From contig BJHT01000005.1 in NCBI GenBank assembly GCA_014193395.1, positions 1,035-65,034 on the forward strand: a stretch of DNA of 64,000 bases, read 5' to 3'. The position numbers were made by a program, and so were the translations under genes. This DNA is from Verrucomicrobiota bacterium (lineage in GTDB: Bacteria > Verrucomicrobiota > Verrucomicrobiia > Limisphaerales > BJHT01). Of this stretch, positions 29,189 to 38,660 are shown one piece after another. The stretch's first letter is position 1. Each line of letters opens with the position of its first letter. A model generated the notes under the pieces. The model had not been told where the DNA came from. It made no database searches and saw only the letters and a list, made by a program, of their open reading frames with translations.

Positions 29189-30202
29189 TTACTTGGCCGC
29201 GCGCACGGGACGCAACGGCGGCAGCGCGATCAGCTTCTTTTCATCCGCCGCCTCACGCGCCCGCAGCACGACCTCGGTGATGTAGAAGCTGTCGTCCGCC
29301 GTGATGCGCGGGGGGCGGCCGCCGCGGAGGAATTTCACGAACTCGACGAAGATGTTCTCGGTAGTCTCAAACGGAATGCGTTCGGTCCCGGCCTCGGTGA
29401 CGAGCGTGATGGCGTCGTCGCCTTCATTCACTTCGACCACGCCCTTGGTGCCGGTGACCCGCAGGCGGTCATCGCCGTGCGTGGCAGCCTGGACGGGGCG
29501 CAGATAATCCAAACGGGCCGTGACGGACGCGCCGTTGGATAACTCCGCGAGGATCGACGCCTGATCCTCGGTCTCGCCGAATTCGGGCCGGCCACTGCGC
29601 CCATGGAACGCCGCGACGTGCGTGAAATCGAGGCCCGTGACCCAGCGGATGATGTCGAGCGAATGAATGCCGATGTAAGGGATCGTGCCGCCGAGCCGCG
29701 CGCGGCTCTGCAGCCACGCGGGTCGCTCGCCCCATTTGTAAGACTTCTGCGTCGCCACCTGCGAGACCGTGCCGATGCCACCGCGCTGGATGATTTCGCG
29801 GACGCGCGCGTATTTGGGCTGATGACGCAGTTCGAGGAGCATGGTGAGCTGCGACTTGGATTTCGCGAACGCGGCGCGCAGACGCTCGAGATCGGCCAGC
29901 GTGGTGACGAGGGGCTTTTCGGAAATGATGTGAACGCCGCGTTCGAGCAGCGCGAGCAACTGCTCGAGGCGCATCCCGCTCTCGTCGGCGACGCAGCAGA
30001 CATCGGGCAACGTATGTTCGAGGACGTGTCGCCATTCCGCGTAGGCCTGCGCGGCGTGGGACTGCGGGAGGCGTTTCAGGAAGGCCTCGGCGGCTTTGAG
30101 ATTGTTGTCGGACACCGCGACAACCTCGACATCGCCGAGCAGCTTCGCCCCCGCGACGATGGCGGTGACGTGGCCTTTGAGTCCGAGCAATGCGAGTTTC
30201 AT
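29189..30202 (-). CDS. Gfo/Idh/MocA family oxidoreductase
   Basis: HIISEKP; GGTIPYIGIHSLD; GTKG. Confidence 0.85.
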   Translation of the reverse strand: MKLALLGLKGHVTAIVAGAKLLGDVEVVAVSDNNLKAAEAFLKRLPQSHAAQAYAEWRHVLEHTLPDVCCVADESGMRLEQLLALLERGVHIISEKPLVTTLADLERLRAAFAKSKSQLTMLLELRHQPKYARVREIIQRGGIGTVSQVATQKSYKWGERPAWLQSRARLGGTIPYIGIHSLDIIRWVTGLDFTHVAAFHGRSGRPEFGETEDQASILAELSNGASVTARLDYLRPVQAATHGDDRLRVTGTKGVVEVNEGDDAITLVTEAGTERIPFETTENIFVEFVKFLRGGRPPRITADDSFYITEVVLRAREAADEKKLIALPPLRPVRAAK

Positions 30203-30298
30203 CGGTGGGTGACAGGTTTCATGCGGCGGTTTTTGTGGTGCGATGGATAAGACACGGACGCGCGTTGGTTTTCAACCGCGCGACGGGCGGGGGAAAAT

Positions 30299-30324
30299 GG
30301 CAGAAAAATAGGGGGCAGAAAAAT
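30299..30324 (+). repeat. Solo arm of GRC-N5-AAT class (ggcagaaaaat x2, 15-bp period)
   Basis: ggcagaaaaat at 30299 and 30314. Confidence 0.6.
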
Positions 30325-30500
30325 GGCGTGGGGAGCGGGTTGTTCGTCCGCGGGGACCGGCGTGAGTTCTTCGGGCTGTCTGGAAACGTCGGCCCGCGCA
30401 ACAACCACCGGGCACCCAAGCCCCCGCCTCCGGCGGCTACCGCGACCGGGCCAACGCGTGTTTGCCAACCTGAATCTGACCCCCAATCCCCGAAGCGGAA

Positions 30501-30579
30501 TGGGCAAAGGAATGGAGGCAAAGGAATGAAGACAAGAAGTCGCCACGTCCCCATTCCTTTGCCTCCATTCCTTTGCCCA
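30501..30579. repeat. Perfect 28-bp inverted repeat of the GRC-N5-AAT class (ggcaaaggaatg x2, 14-bp period)
   Basis: tgggcaaaggaatggaggcaaaggaatg / cattcctttgcctccattcctttgccca; 23-bp spacer. Confidence 0.9.
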
Positions 30580-30637
30580 CAATTCCGCTGCCCCATTCCC
30601 GTGCGCCCATCGGCAGCGCGCCGCGGGGGTTTTTCCA

Positions 30638-30762
30638 GAGCGCGGCTATGTGCGGAGCGCCAGCCGCAGCAAGTGGTCCGCACTGGACGCCGCGGAATCC
30701 AACGGGTGCCCGCGAGGTTCCGGGGCCGCTGCGGCTGGTCCTCGGCGGACACAGCCGCGCTC
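30638..30762. repeat. GGAG-type REP doublet
   Basis: gagcgcggct...cagccgcagc / gctgcggctg...agccgcgctc. Confidence 0.75.
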
Positions 30763-30775
30763 CTCGGGTTGCGGC

Positions 30776-31549
30776 TCACGCGTGCATCACCTGGCCGCCG
30801 CCGAGGTTGAGGGTCTGGCCGGTGATGTTTTGCGCGTGATCGGAGGCGAGGAAGACCGCCATGGCGGCCATTTCCGCCGGCGTCTGCCAGCGGCCGAGCG
30901 GGGACACTTTGCGGATTTTTTCCTCGGCCCAGGTCGCGTAGTCCTGCCGCTCGGCGGGCGCGAGGCGCGCCTGACCGGCCTGCCAGACGGATTGATTCAA
31001 CTCGGTTTTTACCATGCCCGGCGAGAGCGCGTTCACGCGGATGCCGTGGGGCGCGAGGTCTTTGGCGGCGCACTGCATGAAGTTGATGAGTCCCGCCTTG
31101 GCCGCACTGTAGGGCGGGTCGGTCTGCGAGCCGATCTGGCCGGCGACGGAGACGAGAAACAGAAGCGAACCTTTCCGTCGCGTGATGAGTTTCGGGGCGA
31201 AGGCGTGCGCCACATTCACCGCGCCGAGGAGATTGATCTCCAACACGCGCGGCCAGTCGCCCGGCTCGAGATTCCAGAAGGGAAAACCGAATTTCCCCGA
31301 GCCAACACCGACCGAATAAACAACGTGATCAACCTCACCGAGCCCCGCGGCGAACGCGCGCACCTGCTCATACGAGGTGACATCGCCCGTCACGATGGTC
31401 GTGCCCGCGGACGGCGTGGCGGGGTCGGGCTTGCGGTCGAAGCCGTGGACGCGGCAGCCCTCGGCGACAAACTCGTCCGCGATCGCCCGCCCGATGCCGC
31501 GCGCTGCGCCGAACACGGCGACCGTTTGATTGGCGAGATTCAGTTGCAT
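30776..31549 (-). CDS. SDR family oxidoreductase
   Basis: GAARGIG, YSAAK, IRVNALSPG. Confidence 0.92.
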   Translation of the reverse strand: MQLNLANQTVAVFGAARGIGRAIADEFVAEGCRVHGFDRKPDPATPSAGTTIVTGDVTSYEQVRAFAAGLGEVDHVVYSVGVGSGKFGFPFWNLEPGDWPRVLEINLLGAVNVAHAFAPKLITRRKGSLLFLVSVAGQIGSQTDPPYSAAKAGLINFMQCAAKDLAPHGIRVNALSPGMVKTELNQSVWQAGQARLAPAERQDYATWAEEKIRKVSPLGRWQTPAEMAAMAVFLASDHAQNITGQTLNLGGGQVMHA

Positions 31550-31604
31550 GGCGCGGGACTGTCACAGTCGCGCGGCAGGCAGGCAAGGCGCGCGGCGTTG
31601 ACGC

Positions 31605-31789
31605 CCCTTGTAGGAGTCGAGGTAACGAGACTCTAACCTCCTTCCGCGAACGGTCCGCCCAGACGCACCCCACGCCCGTCTTGAAACCAGGTTCCGGTCC
31701 CACGCGCCTTACCCAAGTCAGTCTTCGAGACTCAGTCCGCCGCTCGCACAGAAAAGGTCAGAGTCTCGTTACCTCGACTCCTACAAGGG
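31605..31789. repeat. GTAG-type REP doublet with perfect 30-bp arms
   Basis: cccttgtaggagtcgaggtaacgagactct / agagtctcgttacctcgactcctacaaggg. Confidence 0.9.
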
Positions 31790-31892
31790 TGGGCGGGGAG
31801 CGCGGTGCGAACGGAATGCGGTGGTGACTTTGGCGAGAGGCCCCGGGAAGATCGGCAGCACTCGATTCCACTGTTGCTCCGCTTTCCAACAC

Positions 31893-31970
31893 ATGAACTG
31901 CCGCGCCTTCCTCGCCACGCTGCCCGTGCTGACCGCGCTCATGGCGGCGCGCCAGGCGCTCGCCGCGTAG
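31893..31970 (+). pseudogene. Orphan signal-peptide-only ORF (25 aa)
   Basis: MNCRAFLATLPVLTALMAARQALAA*; degenerate twin-arginine motif, ends at an AxA site. Confidence 0.45.
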
Positions 31971-32052
31971 GGGGATAAACGGAACGCGTAACCATCCGAA
32001 CTCCACTGGAAATAACCGCCCCGCCACCATCCCCTGCCCTGCCGAAAAAACC

Positions 32053-33366
32053 ATGAGCGCCATCTCCCCATCGCAACCAGTTCACGCCCGGATTTCCGGC
32101 GCATCGTGGGCCATCCTCGCCCTGATGGTCGTGTCGGTGGCGATCAACTACATCGACCGCACGAGCCTCTCGACAGCCGCGCCGTTGCTGGTGCGCGAGC
32201 CGGAGATGGAGATTTCGGCTGCGAAGCTGGGCGTGCTGCTGTCCGCGTTTTTCTGGACCTACTCGTTTCTGCAACTCGCTTCCGGCTGGCTGGTGGATCG
32301 CTACGGCGTGCGCTGGGTGATGGCGATCGGCTTCATCGTCTGGTCGCTGGCCACGGCGGCGACGGGTTTGGTGTACGGGTTCTCCGCGTTGCTCGCGCTG
32401 CGCCTGCTGCTCGGGGCCGGCGAATCCGTGGCGTATCCGTGTTACTCAAAAATCATCGCCGGCAATTTCGCCGAGCATCAGCGCGGACTCGCGAACTCGC
32501 TGATCGACGCGGGCACCAAATTCGGCCCGGCGCTGGGCATTCTCGGCGGCGGAATACTCATGGATCGCTACGGCTGGCGGCCGGTCTTCCTCGTGCTGGG
32601 ACTGGGCAGCCTGCTGTGGCTGCCGGCGTGGTTTAAGTGGATGCCGAGCGGCCACGCGGCGACGCAGACGACCCCGAGCGGCGGCCCCGGCTTCGCGGAA
32701 ATCTGCGCGCAACGGCAGGCGTGGGCGACGTTCATCGGGCACTTCAGCGGCAATTATCTCTGGTATTTTCTGATCACCTGGCTGCCCTCCTATCTGGTGA
32801 AAGAGCGCGGTTTCACCATGTCCCACATGGCTTACGTCGGCGCGCTGGCGTTTTGCGTGACGGGCATCTCGACCATCATCACGGGCACGATCGCGGACCG
32901 GGCGATCACACGCGGCGCGACGCCCACGCGGGTGCGCAAGACCTGCGTGATCCTCGGCCTCGGGCTGGCGACCTCGGTGGTGACGGTGACGATGGTGGAA
33001 GGCACGCAGGCGTCGATGGCGTGCCTGATGTTTGCGTGCATCGCGCACGGAATCTTCGCCTCCAGCCACTGGGCGATTGCGCAGACCATCGCGGGGCCGG
33101 TGGCGGCGGGGAAATGGACGGGGATGCAGAACTGTCTCGCCAACATGGCGGGCGTGGCGGCCCCGGCGATCACGGGCTTCGTGGTGGACCGCACCGGCCA
33201 GTTTTTCTGGGCCTTCGCCGTGTGCTCGGCGGTGGTGCTGACCGGTGCCGCGGCTTACGCGTTCCTGCTGGGGCCGGTGGTGCAACGGGTGTGGGCGTCG
33301 CAGGAGAGCAGCGAGCCGCGGCGTTTCGAGGCCGGAAACGAACAAACGGAAAATGGCAAATTATGA
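32053..33366 (+). CDS. MFS transporter (ACS/sugar-acid type)
   Basis: INYIDRT, GWLVDRYG, LRLLLGAGES; many hydrophobic segments. Confidence 0.9.
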   Translation: MSAISPSQPVHARISGASWAILALMVVSVAINYIDRTSLSTAAPLLVREPEMEISAAKLGVLLSAFFWTYSFLQLASGWLVDRYGVRWVMAIGFIVWSLATAATGLVYGFSALLALRLLLGAGESVAYPCYSKIIAGNFAEHQRGLANSLIDAGTKFGPALGILGGGILMDRYGWRPVFLVLGLGSLLWLPAWFKWMPSGHAATQTTPSGGPGFAEICAQRQAWATFIGHFSGNYLWYFLITWLPSYLVKERGFTMSHMAYVGALAFCVTGISTIITGTIADRAITRGATPTRVRKTCVILGLGLATSVVTVTMVEGTQASMACLMFACIAHGIFASSHWAIAQTIAGPVAAGKWTGMQNCLANMAGVAAPAITGFVVDRTGQFFWAFAVCSAVVLTGAAAYAFLLGPVVQRVWASQESSEPRRFEAGNEQTENGKL

Positions 33367-33389
33367 ACCGAAAATGGGCGGGGGAGGTA

Positions 33390-33528
33390 AACCACGAAAA
33401 ACACGAAAGACACGAAAACAAAGAGCGTCGGCGTGTCTGATTCCGCTCCACACATCGCGCCTGCTCGAAACAAAATCTCGATACCGAGAAGCTTTCCCCT
33501 TTTCGTGTCGTTCGTGTCTTTCGTGGTT
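33390..33528. repeat. CACGAAA 9-bp-period triple-repeat inverted element
   Basis: aaccacgaaaaacacgaaagacacgaaaa / ttttcgtgtcgttcgtgtctttcgtggtt, 27/29; 81-bp spacer. Confidence 0.9.
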
Positions 33529-33548
33529 CCAACTCCGTTTTTGAAAAA

Positions 33549-34232
33549 ATGAAAATTACAACCCACTCCAAGTCCCCGTCCGCGGCAGTCGTCGCCTCAA
33601 CGTTTCGACGCCGCTTTCTGAATTTCGCTTTTGTTTTCGGTCTCGCCGCCGTCTTCGCCGCCGTGGCGATCGGCCGTGCCCAGGAGGCCAAGTTGCTCCT
33701 GCACGAGCGTCCGCTGCCGGCGATTGCCGCGCCGGATTTCAAGGGGCCGCTCGACGCGAGCTTCAGCGTCGCCAAAGGGAAATGGACGCCGCAGGACGGC
33801 GTGCTGCGCGTGCTCGATCTCCCGGAGGAAAAGCACATCCCGGTCCTGCATCACAACGTCGGGCTGGCGGCCGCGGTGATCGAAGTGGAGTTCCTGATCG
33901 AGGGTCCCGGCAGTTTCCTGGTGGGTTGCGATGCGGACAAACACGTCGGCCGCGTGGTCGTGACGCCGACGGCCCTGGGCATCGCGGAAGATTCCGTGAA
34001 GCCCTCGCACACCATCGCGCGGCTGCCGCTGCCAGTGAAACCCGGCGAGTGGCATCGCCTGCGCGTGGAGTGGAAGGGCGACCAGATGGCGGCGAATCTC
34101 GACGGCCACGAACTGCGCGCCCAGCACGCGTTCCTCGCCACGCCCAAGGCCCGGAGCTGGCTGGCCGCCGGCAAATCCGTCCAGGTGCGCAATCTCAAGA
34201 TCAGTGGCGAAAAGACACCCGCGAAACCGTAG
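33549..34232 (+). CDS. Secreted concanavalin-like (DUF1080/LamG-like) beta-sandwich protein
   Basis: Signal peptide; GKW...DGVL; PGEWHRLRVEWKGDQMAANLDG; VRNLKI. Confidence 0.55.
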   Translation: MKITTHSKSPSAAVVASTFRRRFLNFAFVFGLAAVFAAVAIGRAQEAKLLLHERPLPAIAAPDFKGPLDASFSVAKGKWTPQDGVLRVLDLPEEKHIPVLHHNVGLAAAVIEVEFLIEGPGSFLVGCDADKHVGRVVVTPTALGIAEDSVKPSHTIARLPLPVKPGEWHRLRVEWKGDQMAANLDGHELRAQHAFLATPKARSWLAAGKSVQVRNLKISGEKTPAKP

Positions 34233-34242
34233 GCGGAGGTTT

Positions 34243-34273
34243 CACCAAGAACCGACACGGATGGACACGGATA
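34243..34273 (+). repeat. Solo/degenerate CACGGAT arm
   Basis: caccaagaac-cgacacggat-ggacacggat, 10-bp period. Confidence 0.55.
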
Positions 34274-34447
34274 GGGCCGAGGATTCGTACCATCCAGTGT
34301 TCGCCGGCCGAGTGACGGACTGGAGGCTGGTTTCCTCCCGTTTTTATCGCGTCGTGCCGGAGGCGCGAAGCGGAGTTAGCCGCGGGCTGAGCACCACTGG
34401 CTGCCAGCCTGCGCTTCGGCGAAAAGCGCCACGCCCCGCGCTTCTTT

Positions 34448-35536
34448 TCACTTCCCCTTCAGCGGCAGCGCCACGACGGCCTTGCGCCGGTGGGATTCGT
34501 AGATCGCGGAAAACATCTCGACCACGGCGCGCCCGTCTTCGCCGGTCACCAGCGGCGGGCGGGCCTCGCGGATGGCGCATAGAAAATCCTGAATTTGCAG
34601 CGCGTGATAATGCGCGACGGCGTCGATGACTCCGAAGTGCGCGCGGTCGGTGGCCTGAAATTCCGACAGCAGATGCTCCTCACCGGGGATGGTCCAGAGG
34701 TCGTTGAGGGGCGGCTCGGCGATTTTGGAAACGCCCGCGATGAAGGTCGCACCGCGGTCGGTCTCGACGCCGACGGACGCGCCGTTCGCCCCGTGGATAT
34801 GAACTTTGGTGAAGATCCCCGGCCGCTGCGACAAGCTGGTGACAATCGAGCCGAGGCCGCCGTTGCGGAAGGTGAGCGTCGCCACCGCGGTGTCATCCAC
34901 CTCGATGGAGGGATGATTCAGATTGCTCCAGCGGCCGCTGATTTCCGCCACGTCGCCCATGAACCAGCGCAGCAGATCGAGCTGATGCGGGGACTGATTG
35001 ACCAGCACGCCGCCGCCTTCGGTCGCCCATTTTCCGCGCCACGGATCGGACTCGTAATAGGCCTGGTCGCGCCAGCTAAACATCTGAAACACGCCGAGCA
35101 CCGGACGGCCAATCTTCCCGGCGGCGATGGCGGCCTTCATGCGCAGCACCGGCTCGTAGAAACGCCGCTGGCTCATCACGCCGAGGGTCACGCCGGATTT
35201 TTGCGCCGCACCGAGCATCGCATCGCAGTCGGCGAGGCTCGCGGCCATCGGTTTCTCCACCATCACATGCAGTCCTGCCTGTGCGGCCAGCACGGCGCTC
35301 TCGGCGTGCAGCGGGTGCGGCGTGCAGATGAACACGGCCTCCGCGCCGGATTCCCGGAGCATCGTCGGCGGGTCGCGAAAGGCGCGTCCGCCATGCCGTG
35401 CGGCGAAAGCTTCCGCGCGGTCGAGACTCGGATCGCACACCGCGACCAGCTTCGACTCGGGCAACGCCGCCAGTGCGGCCGCGTGGAGGCCGCCGACTTT
35501 TCCGCAACCCACCAGTGCGGTGCGAACGGGTTTCAT
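34448..35536 (-). CDS. Gfo/Idh/MocA family oxidoreductase
   Basis: GCGKVG, HVMVEKP, GGGVLVNQSPHQLD. Confidence 0.92.
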   Translation of the reverse strand: MKPVRTALVGCGKVGGLHAAALAALPESKLVAVCDPSLDRAEAFAARHGGRAFRDPPTMLRESGAEAVFICTPHPLHAESAVLAAQAGLHVMVEKPMAASLADCDAMLGAAQKSGVTLGVMSQRRFYEPVLRMKAAIAAGKIGRPVLGVFQMFSWRDQAYYESDPWRGKWATEGGGVLVNQSPHQLDLLRWFMGDVAEISGRWSNLNHPSIEVDDTAVATLTFRNGGLGSIVTSLSQRPGIFTKVHIHGANGASVGVETDRGATFIAGVSKIAEPPLNDLWTIPGEEHLLSEFQATDRAHFGVIDAVAHYHALQIQDFLCAIREARPPLVTGEDGRAVVEMFSAIYESHRRKAVVALPLKGK

Positions 35537-36450
35537 CTTTGTGGAGCGGGAAGGTCGCCGAAGTAGCGGTCCACCATGCGATGCAGATAGGCCAGTGACT
35601 CCGCCATTTCCTCCATGCCGTTCATGCCGTCCTCGATGCTAATCCACCCGCGATAGTGGTTTTTCGCGAGCAAGGTGAAGATCGCGGGATAGTCATTCAG
35701 GCCCTTGCCCACGACGCCGTGTTTCAGTTTGGGCGAATAGCCGAGCGTGCCGTCGCTTTGACGCAGTTCGTCGAGCGTCGCGCCCGCGGTGAGTGAGCGG
35801 TCGCTCGCGTGCATGCTCACCACGCGGTCCTGCACGGCCACGAGCCAATCGAGGGGATCGTCGCCGGCGACGATGGCGTTCGAGGGATCGTACTGCACCC
35901 CGAAATGGATGCGGTCGGGAATGGCGGCGAGAATTTTCAGGAACACGTCTTTCTTCTGCGCGAACTCGGGGAATTTCCAGAAGCCGTCTTTGTAATGATT
36001 TTCGATCCCGAGAATCACATCGCACTCGCGGGCCACCGGCAGCAACTCGTGGATGCACTCGACCACCCATTCAATGCCGTCCTCGATGCGAACCTCCGGC
36101 CGCCGCTGCCCGCTGAGCACGCGACACACCGCGCGCGGGCCGCCCAGACGCCGGGTGACGTGGATCATCTTGGCCTCGTGCTCGACGGCCCGCTGACGCG
36201 CTGCGCGCTCCGGTTGCGTGAAGTCCGGCGAGCAGCAGAGCATCGGCATCGCAAAGCCAGCGGCATGAATGGCCTCGCCGACCGAGTCGATGTAGCCATC
36301 CTCAAGGCTGGTGAAAAAGCCCTCATACATTTCCAGACCGTCCGCCTCCAGCGTTCGGGCCATGGCGATCCAGTCGAACACGGACATCGTCCGTTCGCCG
36401 GCGATTTTCTCGAGATAGCATTTGGGAAAGGCGGAGATTTTCGGTTTCAT
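35533..36450 (-). CDS. Sugar phosphate isomerase/epimerase (AP_endonuc_2 TIM barrel)
   Basis: GIENHYKD, YDPSN, MHASD, GWISIE metal ligands. Confidence 0.85.
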   Translation of the reverse strand: MKPKISAFPKCYLEKIAGERTMSVFDWIAMARTLEADGLEMYEGFFTSLEDGYIDSVGEAIHAAGFAMPMLCCSPDFTQPERAARQRAVEHEAKMIHVTRRLGGPRAVCRVLSGQRRPEVRIEDGIEWVVECIHELLPVARECDVILGIENHYKDGFWKFPEFAQKKDVFLKILAAIPDRIHFGVQYDPSNAIVAGDDPLDWLVAVQDRVVSMHASDRSLTAGATLDELRQSDGTLGYSPKLKHGVVGKGLNDYPAIFTLLAKNHYRGWISIEDGMNGMEEMAESLAYLHRMVDRYFGDLPAPQR

Positions 36451-36528
36451 GAAAGCGACGGCATCCTGCCGATGGCGCCGGTGAGGGCAAGGGGGTTCCC
36501 GCCACGCGGGGCGGTGCGCGGTGGCCGC

Positions 36529-36552
36529 GGAGTGCGGCCGTCCCCGGCCGCA
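36529..36552 (+). repeat. Solo GGAG REP hairpin
   Basis: ggag-tgcggccg-tccc-cggccgca. Confidence 0.55.
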
Positions 36553-36702
36553 GCAACGTCCGCACGCACGGGCGCTGTTGGATCACCCGACGTCCCGCTG
36601 CGCGCCAACTTTCTGCCGCCATTGCCAACGCTAATCATGCGGTTCCACACCCACCCACCTCAAATTTTGGAGCCGTAATTCCGCCACGGACCGCTGAGTT
36701 TT

Positions 36703-36761
36703 GGCTGACGAATGGGGACTGACGAATCGGGGCCGAGTTCGCCGGTCCCCATTCGTCAGTC
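36703..36761. repeat. GRC-N5-AAT class inverted element (gactgacgaat), partly degenerate
   Basis: ggctgacgaatggggactgacgaat / gtccccattcgtcagtc. Confidence 0.7.
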
Positions 36762-36872
36762 ACAATTCCAGGCCGGTTCTGGAAAGGCCGTTTCGGCACC
36801 GTCGCGGAACGACAATGGAAACGAAGCTACGGTGATGGAGATTGAGAGTCGGCCTGCTCGCCGCCAGCACCG

Positions 36873-36982
36873 CTCTGCGGTCTTTCCCAACTCTGCGGTG
36901 TTCTGTGTTTGCTTCCGGGCGACCGGCCGCGGCGGGAGGGGAGGCTGATCAGAACACCGCAGAGATTGGAAGGAACGCAGAG
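36873..36982. repeat. CGCAGAG-family inverted repeat, copy 2
   Basis: ctctgcggtctttcccaactctgcggtgttctg / cagaacaccgcagagattggaaggaacgcagag. Confidence 0.8.
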
Positions 36983-37102
36983 GGAGGTGGGCAAAATCCG
37001 ACGTCCTCGGTGAAGGATCACAACCAGTTGCACGCCCCGCACCCACAGCTTTCCGGAAAAAACGCGCTGAACTGCGCACCGGCCAAAAGAGGCTTTTAGA
37101 AT

Positions 37103-37188
37103 TGGTGGTAGGAGCTGGATTCGAACCAGCGAAGGCGTAAGCCAGCAGATTTACAGTCTGCCCCCGTTGGCCACTTGGGTATCCTACC
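37103..37188 (-). tRNA. tRNA-Tyr (GTA), CCA encoded
   Basis: ggtaggatacccaagtggccaacgggggcagactGTAaatctgctggcttacgccttcgctggttcgaatccagctcctaccacca; long variable arm. Confidence 0.97.
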
Positions 37189-37273
37189 GATCACCGGCCC
37201 GGCGATGAAGGCGCAGACTAGGCCAGACGTGCATCGCCTTGTCAAACGTCCTCTCGCTCCCTAGCGTCCCGCC

Positions 37274-38614
37274 ATGTTTGATTCACTTTCCGGCAAGCTC
37301 CAGAACGTTTTCCGCAACCTCCGCGGCCTTGGAAAAATCTCCGAAAGCAACGTCAGCGACTCCCTCCGCGAGGTCCGCATGGCCCTCCTCGATGCCGACG
37401 TCAATTTCAAGGTCGCCCGCGATTTCATCGAGACCGTCAAGACCAAGGCCATCGGCGAACACGTCGTCCAGAGCATCCAGCCCGGCCAGCAGATCATCAA
37501 AATCATCCACGACGAACTCGTCGCCCTCCTCGGTGCCACCCACGCCGGCCTGACGCTCAGCGGCAACCCCGCCTGCCTCATGATGGTCGGCCTCCACGGC
37601 TCCGGTAAAACCACCTCCAGCGGCAAGCTCGCCCGTCTCCTCCTCAAGCAAGGCCGCACGCCCCTGCTCGTCGCCGCCGACGTCTATCGCCCCGCCGCCA
37701 TGGACCAGCTCGAGACCCTCGGCAAGCAACTCGAAATCCCCGTCTTCACCCTCAAGGGCGAAACCGACGTCCTCAAAATTGCCCGCCAGGCCCTCGACAC
37801 CGCCCGCGCCACCAACCGCAACACCCTCCTCTTCGACACCGCCGGCCGCCTCCAGATCGACGAACCCCTCGTCCAGGAACTCGTCCGCCTCCGCGACCTC
37901 ATCAAACCCCAGGAAATCCTCCTCGTCCTCGACGCCGCCACCGGCCAGGAAGCCGTCAACGTCGCTACCCATTTCGACAAGGCGCTCAACATCACCGGCG
38001 CCATCCTCACCAAGCTCGACGGCGACGCCCGCGGCGGTTCCGCCCTCAGTTTCAAATCCGTTACCGGCAAGCCCATCAAGTTCATCGGCACCGGCGAAAA
38101 ACTCGACGACTTCGAACCCTTCCACCCCGAGCGCATGGCCTCGCGCATCCTCGGCATGGGCGACGTCGTGAGCCTCGTCGAGCGCGCCACCGAAGCCATC
38201 AGCATGGACGACGCCCAGCGCATGGAAGAAAAGATGCGCAAAGGCGAGTTCACCCTCGATGACTTCCTCGAACAGCTCCGCCAGATGAAGAACATGGGTT
38301 CCCTCGAAAAACTCGTCGGCATGTTGCCCGGCGTCGGCGACCAGATGAAAGGCATCGACTTCAACAAGAGCGAACGGGAATTCCGCCGCATGGAAGGCAT
38401 GATCTGCGCCATGACCCGCGGCGAGCGCGCCAAGCCCGCCATCCTCAACGCCAAGCGCCGCATCCGCATCGCCAAAGGCAGCGGCGTCACCGTCGCCGAA
38501 CTCAACAACCTCCTCAACCGCTTCAATCAAATGCAGCAGATGATGAAGAAGATGGGCAAGTTCTCGAAAATGATGGCCAAGATGGGCGGTGCCATGCCGG
38601 GGATGATGCGGTGA
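37274..38614 (+). CDS. ffh: Signal recognition particle protein Ffh
   Basis: GLHGSGKTT, DVYRPAA, DTAGR, TKLDGDARGG, RILGMGD, Met-rich M domain. Confidence 0.98.
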   Translation: MFDSLSGKLQNVFRNLRGLGKISESNVSDSLREVRMALLDADVNFKVARDFIETVKTKAIGEHVVQSIQPGQQIIKIIHDELVALLGATHAGLTLSGNPACLMMVGLHGSGKTTSSGKLARLLLKQGRTPLLVAADVYRPAAMDQLETLGKQLEIPVFTLKGETDVLKIARQALDTARATNRNTLLFDTAGRLQIDEPLVQELVRLRDLIKPQEILLVLDAATGQEAVNVATHFDKALNITGAILTKLDGDARGGSALSFKSVTGKPIKFIGTGEKLDDFEPFHPERMASRILGMGDVVSLVERATEAISMDDAQRMEEKMRKGEFTLDDFLEQLRQMKNMGSLEKLVGMLPGVGDQMKGIDFNKSEREFRRMEGMICAMTRGERAKPAILNAKRRIRIAKGSGVTVAELNNLLNRFNQMQQMMKKMGKFSKMMAKMGGAMPGMMR

Positions 38615-38660
38615 GAAGGGGCGGACGCAATCATTGCATTCGCAGACACTCCCAGTTAGC

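Noticed and set aside
2424-36450. Integron cassette array
   Set aside because: Elements lack consistent RYYYAAC/GTTRRRY cores, belong to different families, and no intI is present.
37103-37130. tRNA-Tyr as an integration site (att)
   Set aside because: No duplicated tRNA 3' end and no integrase seen in the window; a site outside the window cannot be excluded.
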